A stretch of DNA of 63,584 nt, the filler included, from Octopus bimaculoides (taxonomy: Eukaryota), in assembly GCF_001194135.2 (NCBI RefSeq). It is 10 parts of 9 records of this genome, joined end to end, with 100 filler letters (N's around TTAATTAATTAA, not from the genome) between each part and the next. Parts side by side here need not be neighbours in the genome. Positions count along the whole stretch, not along the records: positions 1 to 25,596 come from NC_068981.1; positions 25,697 to 28,034 come from NC_068987.1; positions 28,135 to 30,648 come from NW_026358123.1; positions 30,749 to 49,460 come from NC_068986.1; 6 more parts are not named here. One strand, given 5' to 3'. Each line of letters opens with the position of its first letter. Position 1 is the first letter of the stretch. Positions 25,057 through 37,110 of this stretch are shown here, one piece after another. The translations under genes were made by a program, and so were the position numbers. The notes below the pieces were generated by a model. The model did not search any database. It saw only the letters and a program-made list of their open reading frames with translations, and was not told where the DNA came from.

Positions 25057-25597
25057 TTAGATGAAGAGGGGAGGAGAGTTGAGCACATGTGGCGCAAGGG
25101 AGCGAAGAGAGAAGATTAGTCTTTGTTCACGGCGAAGACGAGAGTCCGGATGGTCTCTGTACAAGGATAATCCGAACACAGACAGGTGTTGTAAAGAATG
25201 ACCGGTAGAGCGGAAATGGCGCGAGATCGGGGTGTCGTTGCCGAGTCTGATGTCTCGGAGGTGTTCCGCGAACCGGTCAGTCAAGCGGCGTCACGTTTGA
25301 TCTATGCATAGAGAAGGACAGAGAGAGTAGGAGATGCAGTAGATGACGTTGCTAGAAGTGCAGGTGAAAGAGTCAGTGATATGATTGGGTCGATGATGGG
25401 TGCCTATGAGGAGGGTGGTGTTGGAGAAGTAAGGGCAAGTGCGGCAGCATGGGCGAGAGCAGGGGAACGAGCCGGGTTGGGTCGTTTGGTTAGGGAAGAA
25501 GCTGTGAACCAAGAGGTCTCGTAGGTTGTGGGCTCGTTTGAAAGAGGAGAAGGGTTGGTTAAGGAAGATGTGCGAAGTGGATGGGTCGGACTGGAGN
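25057..25597 (-). pseudogene. PLE GIY-YIG endonuclease coding remnant
   Basis: ORFs 25291..25512 and 25057..25284 are in one frame, separated by a single stop; GIY (VIY) and YIG (CID) motifs are degenerate. Confidence 0.85.
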
Positions 25598-26439
25598 NNN
25601 NNNNNNNNNNNNNNNNNNNNNNNNNNNNNNNNNNNNNNNNTTAATTAATTAANNNNNNNNNNNNNNNNNNNNNNNNNNNNNNNNNNNNNNNNNNNNTATA
25701 TATATACATACATACATACATACATACATACATACATACAAGTGGGTGAACAAACGAAAGAAAGGGGAACTTAAAACGTTTAGAAGGAGTTACATGTATT
25801 ATTTGAAACTGTTTGGTTCGGTTCCGTGATACTTCAAGTTTCGCAGGCTCCATTTAGGGGCCTGCGAAACGTGAAGTAGCACCACTATACACACACACTG
25901 TTCAACTCATCACGCAACATTACAGACACACTCACAACACCTCTTCCTACTCCACACGCACTTCTCAGCACCCACACCACATACCATCACCCACACACAC
26001 TGTTTAACTCAGTAACACACAATACACCATCATGCGCACTCACACACCCACACAAGTACATAATAGCTAAACACAGACAATATATACATACACACGCAAC
26101 ACAGACAATATATACATACACACGCAACACGCATAAACACACACAACACACACAAACGATTAGCCCACATAATACACTATACACATGCACACTATTTGGT
26201 CACAGTGACATACACACACACTCACACATCGCGCGCGCGCACAAACACATGTGCACACACACACACATACGCCTGTGCATACACCACGCGAAAAAGCACA
26301 CATCAACTGCTACACACAGCACACACACACAAGTTACACACGCGCGCACATACACACACATATCAAATTCACTCGCCCCCTTTCACACATACACATTCAC
26401 ACACACCATTTTCACTTACAGACACACACTTGCATACCG

Positions 26440-26672
26440 TAGCTTGCTGGGGTTACCATGAATTATTTCCCTTTCATTCAACCTCTTTTTTTTTTCAATC
26501 ATTCACCTGAACTCTACGCGTCTTTTCCTCCTATTCTCTCTCTCTCACTATTTATTTTCTCTTATTCCATACTGTCGAAAAGCGTAGGCGCGAAACGTAA
26601 AAGACTTTTCCATTTTTCCCAAGTGTCAAACTAATTCACTTGTTGTTCCTATACTAGTCTTCGTCTTTTGAT
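26440..26672 (+). mobile_element. PLE terminal repeat copy in inverted orientation
   Basis: ctgtcgaaaagcgtaggcgcgaaacgtaaaagactttt...gtcttcgtcttttg is the reverse complement of 23800-23910; preceded by a CA-rich tract. Confidence 0.72.
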
Positions 26673-27127
26673 NNNNNNNNNNNNNNNNNNNNNNNNNNNN
26701 NNNNNNNNNNNNNNNNNNNNNNNNNNNNNNNNNNNNNNNNNNNNNNNNNNNNNNNNNNNNNNNNNNNNNNNNNNNNNNNNNNNNNNNNNNNNNNNNNNNN
26801 NNNNNNNNNNNNNNNNNNNNNNNNNNNNNNNNNNNNNNNNNNNNNNNNNNNNNNNNNNNNNNNNNNNNNNNNNNNNNNNNNNNNNNNNNNNNNNNNNNNN
26901 NNNNNNNNNNNNNNNNNNNNNNNNNNNNNNNNNNNNNNNNNNNNNNNNNNNNNNNNNNNNNNNNNNNNNNNNNNNNNNNNNNNNNNNNNNNNNNNNNNNN
27001 NNNNNNNNNNNNNNNNNNNNNNNNNNNNNNNNNNNNNNNNNNNNNNNNNNNNNNNNNNNNNNNNNNNNNNNNNNNNNNNNNNNNNNNNNNNNNNNNNNNN
27101 NNNNNNATATATATGTATGTATGTATG

Positions 27128-27166
<39 letters not shown>

Positions 27167-27228
27167 GTATATATATATGTTTATATATATAAACTTAGAT
27201 ATGTTTCGACCAAAGATTGGTCCAGGTC

Positions 27229-27275
<47 letters not shown>

Positions 27276-27309
27276 TGTGTGTGTGTATGTGTGTGTATGT
27301 GTGTATGTA

Positions 27310-27532
27310 TGTGTGTGTATGTGTTTGTGTGTCTGTGTTTGTGTCCCCAACATCGCTTGACAACCGATGCTGGTGTGTTTACTTCCCCGTAACTTAGCGG
27401 TTCGGCACAAACGACCGTTAGAATATGTACTAGGCTTACGAAGAAAAAAAGTTCTATGGTCGATTTGTTCAACTAAACCCTTCAAGGCGGTACCCCAGCA
27501 TGGCCACAGCCCAGCGACTGAAACAAGTAAAC
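27310..27532 (+). mobile_element. SINE-A 3' half
   Basis: gtgtccccaacatcgcttgacaaccgatgctggtgtgtttac...gactgaaacaagtaaa. Confidence 0.9.
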
Positions 27533-27751
27533 GATGATGTCTTTCTGAATTAACTAATTAACTCATTAATTGCAGAGATATCGAAATCCTCTAATGAATC
27601 ATTTCTTTATTTAAAAAAAAAAAGAAAAAAAGAACACGCTACATCGGACGATTTGAGGGGAATTCGACAGTGATTTATAGTATATCGTACGACCACGTGG
27701 CGGCTTCCTGTTGTAGAGGTACTGGCAGTAGATGTAGATAGTGTAGCTATT

Positions 27752-27798
<47 letters not shown>

Positions 27799-28134
27799 CA
27801 TAGTAGTTTGATTTTGTTGGCGTCCTTGATCTGTTCCATTGAAAAAGTGAGAAAACAAAACTAAGGTGCGTTCTTGGGAATAAAAAAAAAATGACAGAAT
27901 TTTTTTTCATGAATGAAATCTCATTCATAAATTAAATCACCTTATTGAATCACCCCATTTTCCTTTCTTTCTTTCTATCTTTCTTTCTTTCGTGCGTATT
28001 TTTGTCCATTCACTATGACACACATCTAATTCACNNNNNNNNNNNNNNNNNNNNNNNNNNNNNNNNNNNNNNNNNNNNTTAATTAATTAANNNNNNNNNN
28101 NNNNNNNNNNNNNNNNNNNNNNNNNNNNNNNNNN

Positions 28135-28188
<54 letters not shown>

Positions 28189-28484
28189 TCATATATATAT
28201 ATATATATATTCATATATGTATATATATTCATATATGTATTAAACTGTTTTCAGCAAGACACCTACTCCTGTTCCTCTGTCCTAGTTTCTTATCACTCCA
28301 TTCTATACCCTGCTCGGTTGAGGGGTTCTTGTCTTGTGGCTACTTGGTCACCTCACCAGTGCTGGGGCCACCTGAAGAGCATCCATTATGTAATAACACC
28401 AGTAATTTTACTGGAACACGTGTCCGGCATATAATAAAAAATATAAAACACTTGTTACATATTCTGGGTTTGCATACAAACAAA

Positions 28485-28785
28485 TATCTTTTATCTTTTA
28501 CTTGTTTCGATCATTTTATTGTGGTTTTGCTAGGGCACCAGCCTGAAAGGTTTTAGTCGACGAAATTGACCCCCAGGGCTTATTTTTTAAAGCCTAGTAG
28601 TTATTCTATCAGTCTTTTTTTCTGATTCACTAAGTTACAGGAACGTAAATACAGTAACACCAATTGTCAAGCGGTGGTGGGGGAGGGAAAAATACAGACA
28701 CAAAAATACACACAAATATATATATATATTACTACATATATATGACAGGCTTCTTTCAGTTTCCGTCTACCATATCCACTCACAC
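28485..28785 (-). mobile_element. SINE-A, degenerate
   Basis: Reverse-complement tail (tttacttgtttc) and head part (ggcttctttcagtttccgtctacc). Confidence 0.8.
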
Positions 28786-29407
28786 CTGCACCTATATATA
28801 TAAGGATTACATGGCATTACATAAACAATATTTCAAAGATTTAATAAAAACATAACTAAGGGAAAATTTGTAGCTAATTCCTCAGTCAACAAAAGATCAT
28901 TACAATTTCGCGCCGTTATCGTTAATATTTTTCACTTTTTGGTGGAGCCTATAGCAAAAAGCCTCTGGGAATAGCTAACGAATGTAGATGACAATGACGA
29001 AAGCAAAGACAAAATTAAATTATTATGATGATTATACATATGGAGCAAAAACTGCCGTGCGTCTGTCAGACAGATGAATATGAGTAACACAAAAGAAAAT
29101 GAAAATGTCTTGTAGGACTAGAGACAAAAGAATGACAGATATAAAATCAGAATGAAGGAAGAAGTCGACAAATCGAGTAGGATAAAGAAGCATGCACTCA
29201 CATTCAAACACAACTGATATTGTGCAATAATTACCCGAAATCATTTCGATTATTTCAAGTCATCTAGTATAATAAATGCGAAAACTAATTTCTGTGTGTC
29301 AGTGTGTCCCGCTTTGACCCCTTCTCTCACTGTTCAATGACACTTCTATTATTGCTAATGTTGGGGTGAGAGTAATAGTAGGCATAGAGACGGTGAGGAT
29401 GGTGGCG

Positions 29408-29458
<51 letters not shown>

Positions 29459-30214
29459 AGAAAGAAAAAAGAGGGAGATAAAGAGAGACAAAGAAATTTA
29501 GGGAGAGTTGATGATGTTTTATTAAAAGTAGTTGTGTTGATGGTGGCAATTGGAGTAATAATAAGAGAGGGAGAAAGAGTGAGTATGTGAGAGAAAGAGG
29601 GGCTGAACATTGAACCAACATACAGAACTACCATACTAAACGAACGTACTGAACATTGAATTCCTTTACACACACATTTGGACTTTTTGTGATCGTAATG
29701 GGGCGATAGTAATAGTATGGGCTGTAGTTGTGTTAGAGGTGGAAGCGGCGGTGACGATGGTGGTTGTGATGGCAGTGGTGGTTGCGGCGGAGGCCGAAGC
29801 GATTAGGGATGTCGGTGAGAGTAAGCGATGTGAAAAACAAGGGTGATGGTGGTGGAGGGGAAGGTGACGAAGTCAAAGGTTCTGATGGTGGTGGCGTCAG
29901 TAGGTAGTCTGAACGGTGTGTGTATGGCAGATGTGGTGGCGATGGTGGTAGTATTGTTATCATGCAGCTTTGCAATGAGTTTGAAGTCGACAAATTATAT
30001 CATTGTTTTGATGAAAATTGTTCAATGCCTAAAAAATATTGTTCAAGTTGAATAAAATTTAATATGTACTCAATGCATGAAGTATTATTGTTGGGCCCAA
30101 GGCCTAATGAAGAGCCCTCTACAGGAGCTAGCTTAAAAGCTGCCCTGTGGGGCAGCTTTTCAGCTAGTGTTGAATAATTCTCACCGGTTTTGTTGTTTCT
30201 ATATCTTTGTACAG

Positions 30215-30356
30215 GTGTCATCAGAGCCTTTCTACCACATGTGCGCCTTAGAAGTGGACGAGCAGTCACCGGTCAACACCCTTTGCGATGTTTCAATGTA
30301 TTACATTGACCAATGTTCCTATAAAGATGTGCCGGTCACAGTACCGAAAGTGTGTT
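30215..30356 (+). CDS. Internal exon encoding a C8-like Cys domain of an apolipophorin/vitellogenin-type (VWD-containing) protein
   Basis: Acceptor ttttgttgtttctatatctttgtacag|G and donor TT|gtaagt; 142 nt with one open frame. VSSEPFYHMCALEVDEQSPVNTLCDVSMYYIDQCSYKDVPVTVPKVC fits V.PEPFY.MC...C.....Y...C...VP..VP..C, seen after the VWD domain of apolipophorins. Confidence 0.7.
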
Positions 30357-30446
30357 GTAAGTAGACAGACTTGTTTAAGATCAGCGGGCAAAACACAGAA
30401 AGAATACATATATATATGTGTGTGTGTGTGTGTGTGNNNNNNNNNN

Positions 30447-30516
<70 letters not shown>

Positions 30517-30748
30517 ATGTATCTTGTGACAGAGAGAAAGAATAATTATAAGACTGGTTGGGAAATAAATGAGAAAATATCAGTCAAAAGCTACTGAAGG
30601 CGGTGCTCCAGTGTGGCCACAATGATTGAAACCAGCAAACAAATAAGANNNNNNNNNNNNNNNNNNNNNNNNNNNNNNNNNNNNNNNNNNNNTTAATTAA
30701 TTAANNNNNNNNNNNNNNNNNNNNNNNNNNNNNNNNNNNNNNNNNNNN

Positions 30749-30822
<74 letters not shown>

Positions 30823-31499
30823 TAATAATAATAATAACAACAATAATAATAATGATAATGATAATAATGATAATAAACATAATGGGCATGATGATGATTA
30901 TAATGATGATGATGTGGAAGAGCAAGTAGACAAAGTGGTGTAGGGAAAGGAGAGGAGATGGATGAAGTGGATGAGGGCCAAACGATATTTTTTTTAATAT
31001 TATCAATAACGATTTTTTAATTTCTTTATTTGTATTTTTTCATTGTGATATCATTATAATAATGATTTCTTTTGATTTTAATATTGATTTTTTGTTTGAT
31101 AAAAATAATAACGATATAAAATAACAACATTAATAACAACAAAATGATAATGGTAATGATGATGATGATAACTATGATGATGATGATGATGATGACGACG
31201 ACGACGACGACGACGACGACAATAGCTGCAGCAGCCGCAGCAGCAGCCGCAGCAGCAGCCGCAGCAACAACAACAACAACAACAATAATGATAATATTAA
31301 TGGTTTCTAAAATAGGCATAAACCTTGAAATCTGGCGGAAATGGATTGTTCAATAACTTCGCTCCAGTACTTGTCTGACAGTCTATGTTATCAACATCGG
31401 AAAGATGAAAGACAATATTGAAATAAGCGGGATTGGAACTATGGATGTAAAGGGCCAAAACAAATACAGCAAGGCATTTCTTTTATTGGCCAAAAGGGC

Positions 31500-32130
31500 C
31501 CAAGATCATCGCTACTTGGCAGTCTTGGCACCGTCTTCAAACGATGGATCGCTATAATGTACAGTGTTCAGACTTAATAGCAACTGCTTTGCATCAAATG
31601 CTCTGTCTTCAATTAATACTCTCCTCTTACCCTCTGTTTGTCTTAGCGCTGAAGTCGTTGCTTAGAAGGCTGGAATCTTTCTTGAAATAGGACAACCATT
31701 TCTGGAAACGACGACGTCGCTATCGTAATGGTGTCGAACAGGTTGAAAATTGAACTGATCGGCGACATTCTAGATGATTACTAGAAGGCAAATGGTGCAT
31801 GCTTTAATTACAACAAATCGATGAGCTTACTACTTCGCATATGGAGCGGTAAATCCATGCAAGATGATGGCCTGTGTCATTGGACTAGGGTCCAGTTAAA
31901 GTGGCTGGTCACTAGTTACGATAAGTTCTTCCGATGGATAAAAACTGGAAAGAATTCGAGAGCAAGAAATAATGGCTGAGAAGGAGCTGTCTCTGAGAGA
32001 TGCGGGTAGAAGAAACGAACATCTATACTACTTCGTTGACTTACCACAACCTATCAATTTATCAATTGTGCCTTAATTTTAGAAACACTTGGCAGATTAG
32101 AGTACATGCGCTTTCGTGTCTTGTTTATAG
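31500..32130 (+). mobile_element. Tx1/L1-clade RT remnant
   Basis: VLALKSLLRRLE...DDVAIVMVS...IELIGDILDDY*KANGACFNYNKSMSLLLRIWSGKSM...KN; degenerate YADD region. Confidence 0.72.
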
Positions 32131-32660
32131 CAAAGGTTTCTTTATTCAAGAGATCAATCTGCAGTCAATGCCATTACTCCGGAATTCTGCAGCTGATAAT
32201 TCTCAGGACGATACTAAGGAAAAATACATGGGGAAAAACAATACGTGATGTATGTCGATTAAAAATGAGAGATCCCTAATATCAACAGATGTACAATAAT
32301 ATGTTGGTAACAATAAATATCCTTTACACTACTATTTAAATATATATGTATTTTAAAGCCAAAATAAGTAAGCTACAACAAAATTTATAATACGGGTCGA
32401 TGGTAATATTAACTGGTATTTCAATACGTCAAGTGTAGGACCCCTTCGTCAGGAAATTTACGAAGAAAATGTATTGATAGCTGATTTCTCTGCTCTATGC
32501 TGAATGAAGCGTTGTTTTGCGTTGCTATAGCATCCAATCAACTGCAGTCCACCTCTGTTATTAATTCGTAGTGTGTCATTGTTAATTAAAATAGCTTCCT
32601 TTTTTCCTCAAGTTCCCAGTGTTTCTTTCTGTAGCTTCAGTGGAAACGGGTGTGTCATGA

Positions 32661-32758
<98 letters not shown>

Positions 32759-33223
32759 ATCATTTCCGATGACCAATCGTTGCTAATGCCTTGTCACTTG
32801 CCTTCCTCCACTCTCTATCCCCACAGACTACCCTACTACTACTTTTCTCTATCCCCTCATTAGCCTCTCTTTACCTTTCTTTCTCTTCTCCTTCTCCCTC
32901 TACTTTGTTCAATAGCCACTGCCAGTGTCATTCTCTTACAAACCAGCCACCTCAATATGAATACACCATTCCCATTTCTGTCAAATTATTGCCTGGATAT
33001 TTATACTGTGAAAACACTAATCATACTATAATACTACCTGGATTTACCTAGGTTTTACCTAAGGTCATACAAACTAGCACTCATGCTCTCGGCGGAAAAA
33101 TGAACTGGAAAATTCCTTTCCTTATTTCCTTACTCTCTACTCTTCTATTTAATTGCTTATTATCTGCGAAGTTTCCATGTCTTGATCTCGTATCTAATTA
33201 TTTCCTACCTATTTTCTCTATTT

Positions 33224-33299
33224 GTCTCTGATGACGGAATACCCCATATTCAGGCATACTCGCTTATCACTTGGGACATCCTAGAAACAGCTGTAAGAC
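33224..33299 (+). ncRNA. Type I HHR with palindromic AGCU stem-III loop
   Basis: GUCU-CUGAUGA(33228-34)-long imperfect stem II (GGA/UCC, CCC/GGG)-UA-GAAAC-AGCU-GUA-AGAC. Confidence 0.6.
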
Positions 33300-34174
33300 C
33301 GCAACTTATTTGAGAATAATAACGAATATATAATACTTTGAGATGGTTGTTATGCCTTGGAGTTTGTTGTACTCTTTCACAAGTATATATTCGCTATATC
33401 GGAAACCTAAGCTGTCTCCATAGGTCTCGTCTCGGTACGAGCTTGAAGCCCTCATAACCCGTTACAGCACTTACCCAGCGGACCAATTCGTTTAGATTAC
33501 CAGTGAACTAAACGTCTATACTCTGTCTGTCTATATATATATATATATATNNNNNNNNNNNNNNNNNNNNNNNNNNNNNNNNNNNNNNNNNNNNNNNNNN
33601 NNNNNNNNNNNNNNNNNNNNNNNNNNNNNNNNNNNNNNNNNNNNNNNNNNNNNNNNNNNNNNNNNNNNNNNNNNNNNNNNNNNNNNNNNNNNNNNNNNNN
33701 NNNNNNNNNNNNNNNNNNNNNNNNNNNNNNNNNNNNNNNNNNNNNNNNNNNNNNNNNNNNNNNNNNNNNNNNNNNNNNNNNNNNNNNNNNNNNNNNNNNN
33801 NNNNNNNNNNNNNNNNNNNNNNNNNNNNNNNNNNNNNNNNNNNNNNNNNNNNNNNNNNNNNNNNNNNNNNNNNNNNNNNNNNNNNNNNNNNNNNNNNNNN
33901 NNNNNNNNNNNNNNNNNNNNNNNNNNNNNNNNNNNNNNNNNNNNNNNNNNNNNNNNNNNNNNNNNNNNNNNNNNNNNNNNNNNNNNNNNNNNNNNNNNNN
34001 NNNNNNNNNNNNNNNNNNNNNNNNNNNNNNNNNNNNNNNNNNNNNNNNNNNNNNNNNNNNNNNNNNNNNNNNNNNNNNNNNNNNNNNNNNNNNNNNNNNN
34101 NNNNNNNNNNNNNNNNNNNNNNNNNNNNNNNNNNNNNNNNNNNNNNNNNNNNNNNNNNNNNNNNNNNNNNNNNN

Positions 34175-34255
<81 letters not shown>

Positions 34256-34261
34256 TATGTA

Positions 34262-34422
34262 TACGATGAGCTTTCAGTTTCCGTTCACGAAATCCACTCA
34301 CAAGGCTTTGGTACGTCCAAGGCTATAACAGAAGACACTTGACTAAGGTGACACGCAGTGAGACTGAACCCGGAACCATGTGGTTGGTAAGCAAGCTACT
34401 TACCACACAGACACTCCTGCGC
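34262..34422 (-). mobile_element. SINE-A 5' half
   Basis: Reverse complement of the head (gactgaacccggaaccatgtggttggtaagcaagctacttaccacac). Confidence 0.92.
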
Positions 34423-34514
34423 CTATACATTATATTCTGTTCTCTTACTTGATAAAGGAAATCGGATATGTCTCGTCTGAGGAACAGTAAACAAAACTGC
34501 GAAAAGGTCCGTGT

Positions 34515-34561
<47 letters not shown>

Positions 34562-34759
34562 CACATACACAGAAAAGAAAGGGAGGTATGAGACTTGAAT
34601 GGCATTAGACGTGTGCTGCGATCGTGTGGTATTAGCTAGATCACACTTTTAATCTGTACAACGTACCCCCATCTCTTCTCTCTGTATAGTATCTCGAGTT
34701 ACTGCTGCAGAAATCAGCGGTGTGAAGAGGTGTACAGTCCAAACTGGAACATGGGTGAG

Positions 34760-35500
34760 CTGTATAAGCATATGAGGACAACAACACTGTAATGGAGTCC
34801 GGCAGCAATAAAATCGAAGCATCGGTCATGAATAGTAGCTGTAAAAAAATTAACCTGAAGTAAAAAATTAACTCGAACATGCAGGTGCGCATGCAGCTTT
34901 ACACCTGGAGCGGTAAGTCTTCGTTGCTGGAAAATGTCGTGGAGAACTTTACCGAAGGATGCGTGGGGTTGATTTGTGACTGTTCCTGTCTGGATCTCCA
35001 GGATGCTACAAACTGACTCTAGGTTACGAAATGAGTCTGAATTGAACTAAGAGAAAACTCATTAAAAGATCGCGCACAGGTGGTGAATACGTATAATACT
35101 TTCGTTCAATATTATCGCATGACCACCCGTATCTTACCACAGCTTCCGTCCGACCAAAGTAGAGTGACGATATTTTCGAGTAACTCAGTATAGATGATAA
35201 TCAATTGTTTTGTCCGTGAGAACTTTTGACTCGGGACCAACTTCGAAAAATCCCTGGTCTTGCAATGCTACTGGGATGGAGGTTATTAATGGTTTAAAAT
35301 AAACTCGACAATCACAAAAGTACTGTTAGACAAGCGTATCGGAGATGCACGCAGAGCGATGAAATCGTTTATTCGTGCCCACGTTCATTGCCGGAGCTCT
35401 TCTAATTTGTGAAGCTTTCGAACAGATGTCGTTACGTATAAGACGAATGTAGCTGTCCACTGGGTCCATTATGAAGATCACCTAACGGTAAACCATTCCT
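34760..35500 (+). mobile_element. Tx1/L1-clade RT remnant, heavily decayed
   Basis: Fragments resembling KINP.KS.GLQLGTWSGKS...VV..WTEG...LQ..NW and KDRAQVVNTY (LKGRAEVANxY); same region as 31500 and 41000. Confidence 0.55.
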
Positions 35501-35987
35501 TCAAGCAATATAGGGCATGAGGTGGACGCAAGTGAAAAAGCTAACGACATACACTTTCCTATTCGGCGAAGACTTCATCAAGATTTTCAAGTATCACTTG
35601 GGGAGAAAGGTGAGGGTGAATAGAAAGGTAATGGAGGAGATGTAGGTAAGGGTGGAAAAGAAGATGGGGGTACAGAGGAAGGAAGGGTTTGAGAAAGATG
35701 CTGCTCTACTAAATTTGTTGGAATGTTGATGAGAGTGGTAAGAATGAAGACAGCGAATAGGACATTTATTCTTGTGAGTAAAGTTAATCCTAGACCTGTA
35801 TTATTCCTAGTTTAAACTTAGGTGGCGGCCACCTCTGGGAACATTGCCGTATATTGTACACTACGTATGCCATCATCTTTGATTTCTTTTCTTTCGATAT
35901 CAATGCAACGTTCCCCACACCACTTCCATAATTTATCTCGATAATGTCCCCTTGTCCGACATTCTTGTGGCGATATTAAAAGAAAAG

Positions 35988-36241
35988 ACTCTTCTTCTTC
36001 TTCTTCTTCTTCTTCTTCTTCTTCTTCTTCTTCTTCTTCTTCTTCTTCTTCTTCTTCTTCTATTGTTGTTGTTGTTGATGTTATTGTTTTGTTGCTGTAC
36101 TACTGCTGCTGCTGGTGGTGTTCTTGTTACTGCTGCTGCTGCTGTTATTATTGTTATTGTTGCTGTTGGTTTCACTGGTAAACGAATAATTCAAATAAAT
36201 CAATGGACGTATGGAAAAATGAATTAATTACTGATCTAATG

Positions 36242-36299
<58 letters not shown>

Positions 36300-36383
36300 T
36301 GATGATGATGATTATGATGATTATGATGATTATGATGTTAATCATAATAACAATAATGCTAATAAAATATTATTATCATCATC

Positions 36384-36429
<46 letters not shown>

Positions 36430-36735
36430 GTTATTTATTATTTTGGTAACAAGAACAACAAGAAAAACATGCATGAAATTTGATTTAAAGAAAAAAATTG
36501 GCAACAGTAATGAATATACGAAAGAAAAGCAAAAGAAAAACAAACACGAACAAAAGCTTTGAAAGTAAAATGAAAAAAATATATATATATAATACAAAAA
36601 TAAAATGATAAAAAAATACGATTAATAAATAACAAAATATCAAAACAAACAAAAAATGGAGATTTTTCTGATTAAAAATTCAGTGAAGCGTTTAAATAAT
36701 AATATCAATAATAATATTGATGATGGTGATGATGG

Positions 36736-36777
<42 letters not shown>

Positions 36778-37032
36778 GGGGGAGGAAGAGGAAGAGAAGG
36801 AGGAGGAGGAGGAGGAGGAGGAGAAGGAGGAGAAGGAGGACGACCACGATGATGATAACAAGGATGATTGTGGTCGGAGTGATAATGATATTGATGATGA
36901 TGATGACGACGACGACCACGACAACGATGATGACGATGACGATGATGATAATGATGATGATAATGATGACGATGATGATAATAATAATAATGATAATGAT
37001 AATAATTATCATTATCATCATCATCATCATCA

Positions 37033-37078
<46 letters not shown>

Positions 37079-37110
37079 CTTTATCATCGTTGTTCTTATT
37101 ATTATAATGC
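35988..37110. repeat. Compound trinucleotide microsatellite field (CTT, TTG, TAA, GAT, GAG, CAT)
   Basis: Direct inspection; it produces homopolymer ORFs on both strands. Confidence 0.95.

Larger units (their letters stand above)
23781..25597 (-). mobile_element. Penelope-like element 3' part: GIY-YIG remnant, simple-repeat region, terminal repeat
   Basis: FKRAHNLRDLLVHS...PCSRPCCRTCPY...FTCTSSNVIYCISYSLCPSLCIDQT*RRLTDRFAEHLRDIR...ISRHF...REQRLIFSLRSLAPHVLN is the typical PLE GIY-YIG with a preceding Cys motif. It is followed by a CA-rich region and a terminal segment. Confidence 0.88.

Noticed and set aside
30190-30224. Minus-strand CTGATGA...GAAAC overlapping the exon acceptor
   Set aside because: No stem II pairing, G at the cleavage position and no stem I; explained by the exon sequence.
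33434-33460. Minus-strand GTTATGA-GGGC-TTCAA-GCTC-GTAC
   Set aside because: Both core halves are non-canonical; too degenerate to call.
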